A stretch of DNA of 64,000 nucleotides from assembly GCA_965112155.1 (NCBI GenBank), contig OZ218100.1, one strand, 5' to 3'. Within the stretch, counting starts at the first letter, position 1, and each line of letters opens with the position of its first letter. The position numbers and the translations under genes are program-made. Below, piece after piece: positions 1 to 11,845 of this stretch. The notes beneath the pieces were generated by a model that saw only the letters and a list, made by a program, of their open reading frames with translations, was not told the DNA's origin and ran no database searches. The DNA comes from Podarcis liolepis. Its lineage: Eukaryota.

Positions 1-204
1 TATTGCTCTGGTTTTATATTTCATTTGCTTTCTCTATACTATATGGAATCAAAAGGGAAATGATAGAAATGTTTACCAAAAAAAAACCCCAGGTAACCAT
101 CAATATATTAGCTAAACTGAATTTATAGCTGGTAATCCTGAAGACACTGAAATGTCTTAATTAAACTGTTAGAAACAGAATCCAATATTCACAAACTATG
201 GCAT

Positions 205-210
205 TTTATT
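205..210 (-). terminator. Polyadenylation signal AATAAA (likely distal PAS)
   Basis: Plus-strand TTTATT at 205-210; UGUA elements upstream and U/GU-rich sequence downstream on the minus strand. Confidence 0.7.
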
Positions 211-1676
211 TCGGAGGCCTTTGCTTACATTTATACAATATATTACATAATTCCATTGTCTGCAGAACCTAATATATATTTTATAGCTTTTCTTTATATG
301 TCTTTCCTTCAATGTTTGTCAACAATTTTTTACAGTCCTGTACATATCTGAATAGCTTGAAACCATTTTCAATAAAATCAGTTACCTTTTAAGCACACAC
401 TACTAAGACTGAAAATGCTTTTCTTAGAAAAGTCGAATGTAAATTCTGACACTCTAGCATCTACAAACAGAAGGTTTGAAATTCTTACATGTTGTATTGC
501 CAGAAAAAGAAATAAAACGAAAAAAGAAAAACATGCCAGCCCCCATAAGCCCAGCCAAAAAAAGTACACAGAACTACAATTAAAACAGTAAAACAATCTG
601 TACAATAAAGTACTGTGTATTAACAGTGCCAGGTATTAAATAGCTTGAATGAACACTCCACAATATACAAATGTCTTACAAAGTTGTGTAATTAAATACA
701 AGTGCCAACCGAGAGAGGGCTTGGGATCCATACAACATAAAGTCAATAGAAGTGAAAACAGTTGAGTTGATTTGGGGTTTTGTACAAGGCAATTAAAAAA
801 AAAAGTATCTACCACTCAGTTAGCTATTTATATTATAAACAACTATCCCTTCTGTGGCAATGTTCTTCTCGACACCCATGTATAATATTAACACAGTTTA
901 CTCCTTCTTGAAGACCTCTCAGTTGTAGCTCATAATAAAATAAGCATTACAAATGAAATATTTGTTGCTTTAACTGAAAAGAAACTTTTACAAGAAAACA
1001 CAAAAATATAAGTGTTATAATTCATTATGAATAAATATACACTTTAAACTGGCTAAATACAATCTTTATACATTAAGATTTAATACAGTTTGTTAGCCAT
1101 TTTCTTCTTTTTTTCACAATGTATTTTTATCAAAATTAAAAAAAATACTGATTCATAGAAAAATGGCAAAGTACAGTAGTTTCATTCCAATTCCTGGGTT
1201 ATTTAAAAACCCACAGTAACCTATTTAGCCTAATTCAAACCTGTAAACATTAGTCAGCCTTTTAAACAGAATCCTTATATTTGGTTATCAGGTCTGATGA
1301 GAAACATCCTATTGATGGCAGGTTTGGAATTAAATTACATGTGCTTGACTTGTACAGTTATAGCCACCGTAAGGTGACTTAGTTAAAAAACAATTGTCTT
1401 GTAAAAATGAAAATAGGTTCATTTTTCCTAAATAATGGAAAAATATCAAATGCTCCAGCTTTAACAAAATACCAGGGAATAGGTGAACAGTAAGCCACTT
1501 TTAACACATTAATCAGGCCTACCCAACAACTGTATGCTTACCGTATCCATTCTACTGGCAGTGAACAGCCTTCATTTGCCACAGTGGAAGGCCTTCAACT
1601 CACCACACAATTCCCAGACAAGTTGGAAACAATTATTGCTTGAGGAAAAGCAGTTTGTTGTACTTTTTCTTCAAAA

Positions 1677-1803
1677 AAAGTGCACTTAAGTGCAAAGTTA
1701 GCTTGTCAAGAAAAAATTTAAATACAAAATAGTGCTTGTCTGAATTTTGTGCCACTGTGCAGTATAAAAAGTGGCCCTCAGCAGCCATTAAGTGCAAAGT
1801 GCT
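1677..1803 (-). promoter_or_regulatory. Cluster of four AAGUGC-seed (miR-17/20/93/106 and miR-302/372-type) target sites
   Basis: Sense GCACTTT (1677-1683), GCACTTA (1687-1693), GCACTTA (1789-1795) and AGCACTTT (1796-1803). Confidence 0.7.
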
Positions 1804-1819
1804 TAGGCAAGTCTTGCTG

Positions 1820-1950
1820 TCACCTGCACTCAACTGACATTCCATTCTGTGATGAACTCGACATGGGTGGATCTGCTAAACTTAACATAACTGCTGCTGT
1901 AATGGAACTGGAAGAAGGCGAGGAAGAGGATGACGACGTGGTAGCAGCAC
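1820..1950 (-). CDS. ARID4B: ARID4B exon 24 coding part (131 nt including TGA)
   Basis: attacag|GTGCTG...; SAATTSSSSSSPSSSSITAAVMLSLADPPMSSSSQNGMSVECR*. Confidence 0.96.
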
Positions 1951-3188
1951 CTGTAATGTAGAGCAAAAAATTAAATACTCCCTGAAAAGAAGAGTTACAG
2001 AAATCAAATAACATTTAGGGCATATATCGGCATTTTGTAACTACCTCCTGAGTGCTTTTATAGTTGTGGTCGTCTCTTCAGTGATATGTGTTGCTTTATT
2101 AAGCAATCTTAAGGGCATTTACAGCACAATCATATAAAAGTTTATACTGAAGTAAGTCCCCTGGATTTCAGTGGGGCTTAGTCACAGGTAAGTGGGTAAG
2201 ACTGTAGCCTCAGTTCACTTTGGTGCACACAGATTGCCATAATTTAAGAAGGTATACTTCATTTTAATGGATTCACTTCTGTTACCAAGTTCATTTTTGC
2301 ATTGAAAAAGAGCTTTATGAAGCCCAGTCTTGCAACAGAAGCCCAACCAGGATTACCAATTTGCCCATCTTGTATTTTGGAAGGATTTTGCCTTTGATCT
2401 TAAGTGAAATAGTAAATGTCACTGAGGTGAAAGGAACTTGCTTCCATTTTAGTGCACTTAGGTTTGGGGTATTTGTCTGAAACATAGTAGTTTTACTTGC
2501 TTCAGAGTTAATTTTCCAGATGTGTTTAAGACTGCTGGGTGAGGCATGTCCCGTGTTCCAGTAACTGCATTATCTCCCAGTTTAGACATTACATTTGAAG
2601 GAGCAGCAAGGGAAAGGAAAATATGATCTAAAGATCCACTTCCCATCACACACTATACATAGGCTCACACTGTTGCTTTGTAATAAGACCTTTTTGTGCA
2701 TTATCATTATATAGATCTGTTTGCCAGCTCCTCCTCCTGGCCTAATAAACAGTACAATCAGGTAGCACTTGTGGATTGAGCGGTTGCAATGAGATAATCC
2801 TAACTTTCTCACAAACGTGTTTGCTTCCTTGTGATTATTTTAATGTACACTGGATGGGAAATAGGTCTACATGGAGCAATTCCTGCACTCTTCTTTTACA
2901 ATGCTTGCCCATAGAGGAGGGATGAGCATGAGCTTTATTAATGCCTCCGCTTTTTATTCTGCACTGGTTTGGTTTGGTTTTTTAACTTTGCTCAAGTACA
3001 GAATCAAAGAGGCAGCCACTGAGCATGTGAAAAATAACAATGTGAGAAGCATGGAACAGCATTCAGGCTCAGATTAGGATAAGATTGAAATGGTCCCTTA
3101 ATACTCACAAAATAATACCTAATATTTTAAGAGACAGCCAAGAGTCAAATTCTAACGTCGTCAACATGTTCAAGACCTAATTACTTAC

Positions 3189-3335
3189 TTTCCCGCTCTT
3201 TTTTCTTCAAACGTTTTCTTCTTCTGTCAATGGAAGCTACTTCAGATTTTAAAGACAAGTAATGTTTCCTGATTTCTTGTAGCTTTTCTTGTAGGATTGC
3301 TATGCGCTCTGTGCTGCTCATATTTTCTAGCTCAG
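3189..3335 (-). CDS. ARID4B: ARID4B exon 23 (147 nt), R2 coiled-coil region
   Basis: ctctgcag|CTGAGC...GAAA|gtaagt; [49 protein letters not shown]. Confidence 0.96.
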
Positions 3336-3860
3336 CTGCAGAGAAAGCAACATTCATTAGCTCAATGCAAAATCTTAATTCTTCCACCTTATGAAAAATA
3401 ACACAAAATGAGGGATAGACCAAAACTGAAGGAGATGCAACAAATTTATAGAATTATACAAATTCTAGATTTAATTAAATAAAAACCGGGCAGTGTTAAG
3501 AAATAAATGATTCTTTATAGAAAACTGGGAAGACTGGATGAGTCTACTTATCAAGGTTATTCTTGTATCAGTAGCTACTGCCACTAGGAATCAAATAATC
3601 ACCACCCACAAAAACCAACCAACCACCTATGTATATTTATTTTGCCATAAGATTTCAAGGCAAAGAGTCTGCTTCATTAGATGCAACGTGAAAGTTTATG
3701 CTATAATAAATCTCTTAAGTCTTTAAAATACTACAAACGTCTTTGCCTTTGTTGCAAAACAGGCTAACATGGGTCATTCCCTTGCCCCTCCAACAACCTT
3801 GAGGTTGCAGAAGGTACACATTCAAAAGTGCAGGCACAGCAACAAGAAATCCATACTTAC

Positions 3861-4076
3861 ACATCTGAAAACTCCATTTGTAAAGTTTTGGCAAGCGATT
3901 GTTCTGTTCCTTGAGATCAGAATCCTTCTCTCCATTTTTGCCACACTTTCCTGGAGACTGTGTTCTTGCTGGAGATTTGGTATTCTGAGACTTCATTGCT
4001 GCAGGAACTGATTTTGCTGGCTGAGATTTGATGATACTTTCTCCAGCAGAGAGTTCTTCACTATCACTGCTGTTTG
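3861..4076 (-). CDS. ARID4B: ARID4B exon 22 (216 nt)
   Basis: ttcttcag|CAAACA...ATGT|gtaagt; NSSDSEELSAGES...RLPKLYKWSFQM. Confidence 0.95.
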
Positions 4077-4571
4077 CTGAAGAAACACATAGGAAATACA
4101 GGTTTAGCATATTTCTAAAAATCTCAGCACCCCTTTGAATGATTGTTTGCAATTATAAGATGCATCTCTTACTGCGGGGTAAAACTAATCTTGACGCAGA
4201 CAATCTGGCTGCAATCTTCCAATAAAAACAGAATGGCAGTTTAAAACAGGTAACTGGAAGAGAAAACGTAACACTTGTTTCCATAGAGATGAGTGGTACC
4301 TGGCCCTGGTGCCAGAGGGCAAGGAATTCCACAATTTGATATGGTTAGGCAGCCCTTATCACTTATGAGAACTCATAAGTTCTCATAAGGGGGGGGAGAG
4401 GGTATACAAATTTTTTTTTGTATGTACAGATTCTGTATCTTCTTCATTCCAACAACACTTCATTCTCAGTTGTGAGAAACATGAATGATATTAAGGTTTG
4501 ACCCAAAAGCAGGCCCAAAACTGTTGCAAAGACATTTTCTAAAGTTTGAAGCTGAAGTTTGCTATACTTAC

Positions 4572-4679
4572 GTTTGCTTTTCTTTTTGTTGTTCACCACA
4601 GATGCTTTGTGACTTCTTTTTTGCTTTTTTGAGGAACCACCTCCCTGGACATCTTTGAGCCTTTTTTGGCCTGGACAAG
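4572..4679 (-). CDS. ARID4B: ARID4B exon 21 (108 nt), basic NLS-like segment
   Basis: ttactaaag|CTTGTC...AAAC|gtaagt; ACPGQKRLKDVQGGGSSKKQKRSHKASVVNNKKKSK. Confidence 0.94.
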
Positions 4680-6066
4680 CTTTAGTAAAATAATAGCAAG
4701 AACAAGATATTACACAATGTATTTTACATACCAGAGACACCAATGTTTACTTTTTAAACGATGAAGTGGAATTAACTTAAAATATCTGCTTCCTGCTTCA
4801 ATGCAAATTCTCTAAAGTAGGCCTAGACCAAAGAAGAGACATACCCATGTGGGGAAAAACCGCACGCACAACCTGAGCTTTGCTTGCTGCTTTTGTCTCA
4901 GCAGTTGCTACTGAAGAGGCAAACCACTGTTCAGTTTAGAAAGCATCTTGCCTCTAAGGCAGTGGAAACTAATGTGGCAAAAGCAGGATGTGAAGTTGCA
5001 GCTGTGTGTGTGGTCCTTTCCTGCATAGCCATATCCCTTTTTTGGGTCCAGCCATAGAAAATATGAATGCTAGATACTCTGATTTATTCAAAGCAAGGAT
5101 TTTGTTAGATGATTCCTTAAAACTGAGAGAAGAAAAAACAAGACATATGTTATTAAAATAAACTTTCAAGCAACTATTTTTATCATTTTAATAGAATGAT
5201 AAAGTAATGGCCACTCTTAGTTTAGAAATCCCTTTAGAAAATGTGAAAAAATATGCAATACTCCTGTAATAAAAAGCCTACCATACTAGGGATGAAATTT
5301 AATAGAATAGGAACACTTAATCATGCTTGTATGTTTTTGAAAGATTTTGTTGTTTTCAGCTGTCTATTAATTTAACTAAGTCTGAGACAATTTTATCATA
5401 GTTTCTAAAGACAGTAATCTACATTTCACAGGACATGTAAAACTACTATGCTGAACAACAGATAACATGAACAGAGCAGAAATGGAAGAATGCTGTAGAG
5501 CAAACCAGGATTGGTTGGCAGTGACAAGCGGATAAAGAAGATCAAATGTGCAGTCTGATGTCCTCTTCAGTCAGCTGCACCATTCTTTAGCAAAATATAT
5601 AAATATTGTACTGTAGTTAATACTGTACTGAAATTCAAAACAATTTTGTTAGATCCCATGGTTAACTATAATCTACTAGACCATATAATCTATTAGACTG
5701 TAGCCATTCAATTACATTTTCCGGATAACTTTTGAGATAACAAAATATTTTCATTCTCATTTGTGAGATAAACTTGTGCAAAGAATAGTGGCACATTCAC
5801 ATAGTTCAGTATTAATATCAGATTCCTAACATCTCTCATTTTAAATAATAAGACGCATTCTTTCAACTCTAAAATATATGGGGCTGAATCTGTTCCCAGA
5901 AGGGAAGCCTTGGGTCCAACCCACTGATAATTATATTCCATTTTCTGAACAGTACAGTTTTCACAGAGATTTAAGACATCTTGAAGACAGACAGAAACCT
6001 TGGAACTCAACACATTAATAACGAATTTGGAAAAGTGATAAAAGCTAAACGGCACAATGTTTATAC

Positions 6067-7260
6067 CTTTCTCAGCGTGTTCTGGTTGATTGCTGCTGCT
6101 GGAGCTGACACTGGCATCAAAGCCTGTAGGAGATATATTTCCTTCAGACTGCAGGTCCTGCAGTTCCCCTACAACACTGTCCACCTCAATTGTGCTATCC
6201 GTTTCACTCTTGATGCTTCGTACCTCTTCTTGATTTGGTGCCAGTGGTTCAGACACAGACGCGCTGGACTGATGTCTGCTGGATTCTGCTACTGTTACAG
6301 ACGGGGGCGATTCAGGTGTTGTGGGAGGGGTGTTTAGTACGGAATTACTGCCACTGCTTGGGAATTCAACTTTTTTGTCATTCGTTTCAGCTGGCTTCTC
6401 CTCGACAGGTTTCATTTCTGTGCTGAGTGGCAAAGGTCTTTCAGATTTAGAACTGGGAAAAGAAGTCTCTTCTACGAGAGTTTGCAGGTGTTGCTCCGGT
6501 GTAGCATCCTCAGAAGACACATGTGGCGGAGAAGCTGCTGCCTCTGTGTCAGAGTCTGAAAAAAGCTCCTTGAGGGTTTTTTTAGGCCACTGCCCCTGAA
6601 TACTCGACCAGACATCTTTTCGATCTTTAGCTCTGGTGTTTTGAAGCCTTTCGTCAGAGTTAGTTAGAAGCTTTACTCTCTTCTCTGCCACTTCAGAGAA
6701 ACCTGAATAAAAAGCATTTGTCCGTAAGGATTTCCTCTTCTCATCCAAACCATTGTACTTCTTGGTTGGTGTTATTTTTAATTTAGTTTTCCCCTCATCT
6801 TCATCTGAGGAACTGTTGCTACTGTTTTCCAAACTTAACATGTCTTTGCCATTTGATTTTTCATCCTTGATATTAGGTGACCCAGTTTTTACACATTCCT
6901 CTGGGACACAGTATCTTCGTTTTCCGCGTTTCACTGGGGGCTTTGTTTTATCCACTGCCTCTTTCTTGACATCTTTCTTCTTCTTGGTGGCTTCGTTCTC
7001 TCCCTCATAATCAGTATCATCAGATAGTTCTGCCAATTCTTTTCGTAGTCTTTCCGGAGATTTGGATGCTGGTTTGGATGCTGTGGCATCTGAAAGGGAT
7101 TTGACCTCTTCTGGAAAGGGCAAGCTGTTCTGCTCTTTTGGACAGAGTTCATTGTTACCTTGGCTCAAAGCCTCATCTTGCGGTTCTTCCTTACCATTAT
7201 TATAAACACTTGGAGGACTTTGGTCATCATCTTGCTCGCTGTCATCAGAGCTTTCAGAAG
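6067..7260 (-). CDS. ARID4B: ARID4B exon 20 (1194 nt), long low-complexity exon
   Basis: cctcccccag|CTTCTG...GAAAG|gtataa; ASESSDDSEQ...KDVWSSIQGQWPKKTLKELFSDSDTEAAASPP...NQPEHAEK; lies within ORF 5708-7291. Confidence 0.95.
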
Positions 7261-7902
7261 CTGGGGGAGGAACCAAGAAAATCAACTGCAAAAACCATCA
7301 TCCTAACTATATTTCTGGATATATTACAATTATATTGATACAAAAACATTTGTTTTAGGCTTCAGAATCTTTATATCTATTAAAATTAGGCATTCAATAT
7401 TCTTAAAAAGCAAATCAAACATGATTTTTAAAAAATGCTAGAGCTATACTGGTGGCAGTTCTTGTTTTGCAATTCTCACAATGCTGCTGGGTAATTATAC
7501 CAAGGAACTTGTATAGTATTCTGGAACTCTATTAAGTGATTGAGGCCCTGATAAATACATCTTCACTCATAGGAGCATGATGCACATATGGATGCATGCA
7601 AAAATCTTCCCAGTTAAGCATACAAATTACATGCTCATCTCTTATAGCACTGATAACCTGATGGAGAGAATGGGATGCCTAGGTTTTACTCCTAATATGC
7701 AATCACATATAAGTAAGAGTGCTAATCACGTGTTTGGCAATGTGCATGAAATACATGGGGTTTCCTCTCATGTGGCATTCTTTTGAGAGAGGGTGGGTTA
7801 TGGGTCTGTTTTTACTCTTGTCTTTATTGTGTATTCTGTTTTTTTTATATCTTGTATTTTTATGTTGTGAACTGCCCCGAGATCTGTGGATGAAGGGCAG
7901 TA

Positions 7903-8010
7903 CAGTGGTACCTCGGATTACAGACATTTCGGGTTATGCGTTTTCAGGTTACGGATGTGCTGAAACCCGGAAGTACCGGAACAGGTTATTTCCAGGTTTC
8001 AGTGCTCGCT
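7903..8010. mobile_element. Tigger/mariner-like terminal fragment inserted at a TA in an L2-like tail
   Basis: TA|CAGTGGTACCTCGG TIR; preceded by TTGTGAACTGCCCCGAG...GAAGGGCAG (LINE tail-like). Confidence 0.65.
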
Positions 8011-8275
8011 GAAACAGGCCCATGCAGATCTTGTCTGAGGACCCAGGGCAGGAGTCTTGTTAGAATAAAGTTATAAACTCAAACATGATAAGTACAGCCA
8101 GCCCCTGGCAGGCCCCCCACCCCCCACCCAGCTGGCTTAGCCCTCTGAGGTCCTGGACAAGTGTACCCAGCTGTTCCATGCTCTGTGCGGGCCTGGGCTA
8201 AAATGCCTTACCAGTCCTCAATCCAGTTGTGTAACATCAGCCTCTTTTTATTAAAAAAAATCATTTAAGTGGACA

Positions 8276-8450
8276 CTGGAAGCTGTAATAGAGTTGGAAT
8301 ATTGGTCCACCTGGCTAAGTATTGTCTAAACTGATTTACACACTTCTCCAAGTTTACAGGCAGGGGTCTCTTCCTCAACCCTAACTGAAGATGCTGAAGA
8401 TTGAACCCAGGTATTCCTGCACACAACACTTGTGTTTTACCAATGAATGA
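8276..8450 (-). mobile_element. Degenerate tRNA-derived SINE with CR1-like tail
   Basis: GGAAGCTG...TTGGTCCA.CT.GCT.AGTATTGTCT...GATTGAACCCAGG (reverse B-box GGTTCAATC). Confidence 0.55.
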
Positions 8451-9771
8451 GAACACTTCAATGGGTTGTTGTTGTTTTTTTGCAAGAAATAATATTATTC
8501 CTGCTTCTCCACAAGTTTTTGCATCAAAAACCATACTTTTTATGTTTATTAATGCAAACTGGACCTTTAGATACAATTAATAAAAACCTTTACGCAAACA
8601 CCAGAAAAATAAATATTCTTTTCTCAAACAATCTAAGATAGCTTGTAACTTGCAATACAAATGATGAAACAGACTCAAAGGAAAGTGCACGAGACGAAAA
8701 GGAAATGAGGATGGTTTCAAAAGGCTTTATCAGAGAAATGGCTTTAAAAAGGAAATGCAATATTCTTTGGAGGATAAAAGTGAATCAATCCCACATGTTC
8801 TAAGACTGTAGAATTAGAAAGGAAAAGAGAATGAAGACTCCCTAAAGGAGCAACATAAAGAGTATGGTTCCATTGTGAGAAATGACAGATTGATACCATA
8901 TTGTATGGGACCAGGTCCAACATTCAAACAACTGAGCAATCAATTTCATGAGCCCAAGGGGACTTTATATTTATCTTCTTGATCAGCAGCTTGTTGATCA
9001 AGATGGCTTTTAAAACTTCGAAGATTTTCATGGAGAGCGGCTGTTCAGAAAAATCAGCCAATAATTCCGTTCAGCAAACACAAGCCTTTGGGCTCAGCTA
9101 AAGTAGTTCGTTGGATTCTGACCCAAGACTAGAAGCCACAAGTTTGTTTAAGGAGGAATGGAACTACTAGGATGTGGGTGAAATGAAATAAAATGTGAGT
9201 TGCAATATCTAGTAACAGACAGAAAAGCAAAAATGTATTGATGTCCATAAAAAAGGAAAATGTTAGGACAAACTAGGAACAGATGAATGTAGATGGTAGG
9301 AAGCTAAAGAACAAAAAAGAAGAGGGGGCAACTCACTCACACAAAGACATTCTGCTAGGAGATTACATGATTACTTACTCCAGCCTGCTATAGTTTTCCT
9401 GTTTCTTAATGAGCCTAGATTCTTATCCATACTTTGTACTAAGTAAATGAATGGTCATGCTTAAGCTAGTCACCAGTACTATTGATTTCAAAATACATGA
9501 ATGTGCTTCCCTCTTTCTTCTTTATCAGCTCTTATCTTTGCCTTCTGTTCTCTCCTTGGGTGAGATCCAACATAATGTTAACACAAGATGTTTGAGAGTT
9601 GACATTGTCATGTGAATCACAACACACAAGCTTATGTGTCACAGAGACTAATAATAATAATAATAGCAGTGGCGCTAGGTTATGCACTACATCTTACACA
9701 CAATACTAATTGAATTTGGCTTTTGTGCTAAGCTAAGAACAATACTTCCATGTTGGAGAAATAATTTCTAG

Positions 9772-10298
9772 GAAGAATGGCAGATGAAGTTGATGGACTA
9801 TATGGAACTGGCGGAAATGACTGGCAGAATCTGAGACCAGAGAGAAGAGTCAGTGGAAGAAGACTGGAAAAAGTTTAAAGGCTATTTACAGAAATATTGT
9901 AAAATTAATGAATGTTAGAAGAATGTTGGAATGAAGTTACACGGCTTTAGTAGAAATGTTATAAGGAATTAAGTATAAATAGATTAATAGAATATTAAAG
10001 GAAATAATAAGGCTAGAATGTGTTAAGATAGTTATAGGATAGAAAACAGAGGAAGATGGAAAGGAATTGCTGAAACAATTAACAGAAGTGGAATACAAAA
10101 AGGGAGGTGTGAGGAGGTCGTTGAAATAAGTGAATGAAAGATAAGATATTGAAATTGTTTGATGTGTTTTAAACTGTTTTTGTTTGGTTATGTGTCAGTT
10201 TATGTTGTGTTTTTGTATTGTATTGTTCTTTTTTCCCCTCTTTTTTTGTAGTGTTGTGTTTAAATTGTTGGAAAAGTAATAAATATTATTTTCAAAAA
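9772..10298 (+). mobile_element. 5'-truncated L1-clade LINE (ORF2 C-terminus plus 3'UTR) with 16-bp TSD
   Basis: TSD GAGAAATAATTTCTAG at 9756-9771 and 10299-10314; reads EEWQMKLMDYMELAEMTGRI*DQREESVEEDWKKFKGYLQKYCKINEC*; GT-rich UTR, AATAAA at 10278-10283, short A tail. Confidence 0.82.
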
Positions 10299-11037
10299 GA
10301 GAAATAATTTCTAGATCCCTATATTTAAACAGATTACATCAGTAGAGATAATTTCCTCAAGTATTGTAGTTCTAAACATTCATGCTAATGTGGTAGGAGT
10401 AAACATGTCAGTATTGCCTTGATCACTGCAGCAAAATAAGCAACATTTGCTCCATTTTACCTTTGGGTTCGACCCATGAAATGTAAAGAAATAAAACAGA
10501 AGATTTAGAGAAAAGTATTTGCTCCAAGAAATAAAGACTGCATCTCCACTGCAGATAATCCTTATACAAAAGGTTACTTCATTGCACAATGCATGCAGCA
10601 TATGCACACAGTACAAAAAAGTTACATACTAATTCCAAAAACTTAATAAGAAATAGCTATTTTCTGTGCAATTTTCCATTTAGTGTTGGATTGTTTCTTA
10701 GCATCAACCTCACAAATGTGTCCACAGAATTTACTAGTCCACCAATGGAAAAATTAAATAATTATTAACACGTATTCTCAAACACCATGTGTTTGCATAA
10801 ATGTTACCCTTGACATTGATACATATCACTACATGAAAACATTTAGAGATGAGTGCATGTGTTGGTTATTAATGGCAGTTTGACAAGGCTCACCAAGGCT
10901 TTCTTGTCTCCTTGTCTGAACATGGTTCTTATTCACTAAAGGCGACTAGGGTCTGTTTAAACCCTGTGCTACATAAAGGATTCTCTTCCCTAGTACTAGA
11001 AAAATGTTTGCACAATAAACTGGAACGTGTCTATTAC

Positions 11038-11230
11038 CTTGCAGTCCATTAAGGATAGAAATAATCTCTGAAGATTTATTTGGAGCAGTTTCAGAAGTTT
11101 TGGCTTCAGCGCAGTCTGATTTGGATGCCATCTCAGGTGATATACTGGCATGAAAAGGTGGTTTTGATGAGCGTCGCAATTTAAACGTTTTAGGAGAATA
11201 TTTTTCATCTTTCTCTTTGTCTGCTTTATT
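11038..11230 (-). CDS. ARID4B: ARID4B exon 19 (193 nt)
   Basis: cactag|AATAAA...CAAG|gtaata; NKADKEKDEKYSPKTFKLRRSSKPPF...ISILNGLQ. Confidence 0.95.
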
Positions 11231-11597
11231 CTAGTGTATAAGAAAAATATATTCAGTTAATTAAGCCATACTATTTATCTTAAGAGTTTTGAGCATAAAA
11301 CTCTGGAAAGGTATCACACATGCTGAGGAGAAGGAAGCCTAATGGAGCAGATATTAAGCTTTCTACAAGAGTTCCATAAGTGGAATTTTATCTTTGTTAG
11401 AATTTCCTGCCAACAAACAAACAAGAAAAATACAAATCCCAAATATGTGCATAGACACATATACACACTTTCCAGTGAAACGGGTGAGGGTGTACCTTCT
11501 GAAATTTTGGAAACAGTTCTGCTGCTGCGCAAAAGCTTTTCACGTCCCTCCTCATAAATGAACCTGATGTTGAACCTCCAGAATGCTAAGAATGTGA

Positions 11598-11845
11598 GGG
11601 TTGCATCCAATGGCGTCACTCAGCTGACTAAAGCTTCCATCAGTGGAATGGAGAAGGAAGCGTTCTTTGGCAACAACTCCCTCCCCCAGACCCTCTAAAT
11701 CTGTTCCAGAGGTTTGGGGATCCTTCAGAGCAGATTTAGAGGAAGGGGCCCTGCAGTGTAAAAGGGAAATAACCAAAAATGGCTTTCCTCCTTGTTCCAC
11801 TGATTGAACCCTTTGTCTACTGAATTACATCATTGGATACAAGCC
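11598..11845. mobile_element. Palindromic MITE (PIF/Harbinger-like TIRs)
   Basis: TIRs GGGTTGCATCCAATG / CATTGGATACAAGCC; internal inverted repeat CCTCTAAATCTGTTC / GAGCAGATTTAGAGG; relatives near 19800, 28850, 43290, 56730 and 59090. Confidence 0.7.

Larger units (their letters stand above)
185..1819 (-). other. ARID4B: ARID4B 3'UTR (about 1.6 kb, U/AU-rich)
   Basis: Follows the stop codon, has no recognisable repeats, is U-rich on the sense strand and ends near AATAAA at 205-210. The cleavage site is approximate. Confidence 0.75.

Noticed and set aside
4900-4960. Possible hammerhead ribozyme (CTGAAGA...GAAA)
   Set aside because: Stem II lacks the closing R-Y pair, and no valid stem III/UH or stem I can be formed.
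5981-7338. Plus-strand ORFs overlapping exon 20 (also 15911-16144 and 28027-28317)
   Set aside because: These are antisense shadows of biased coding sequence, with no splice or promoter support.
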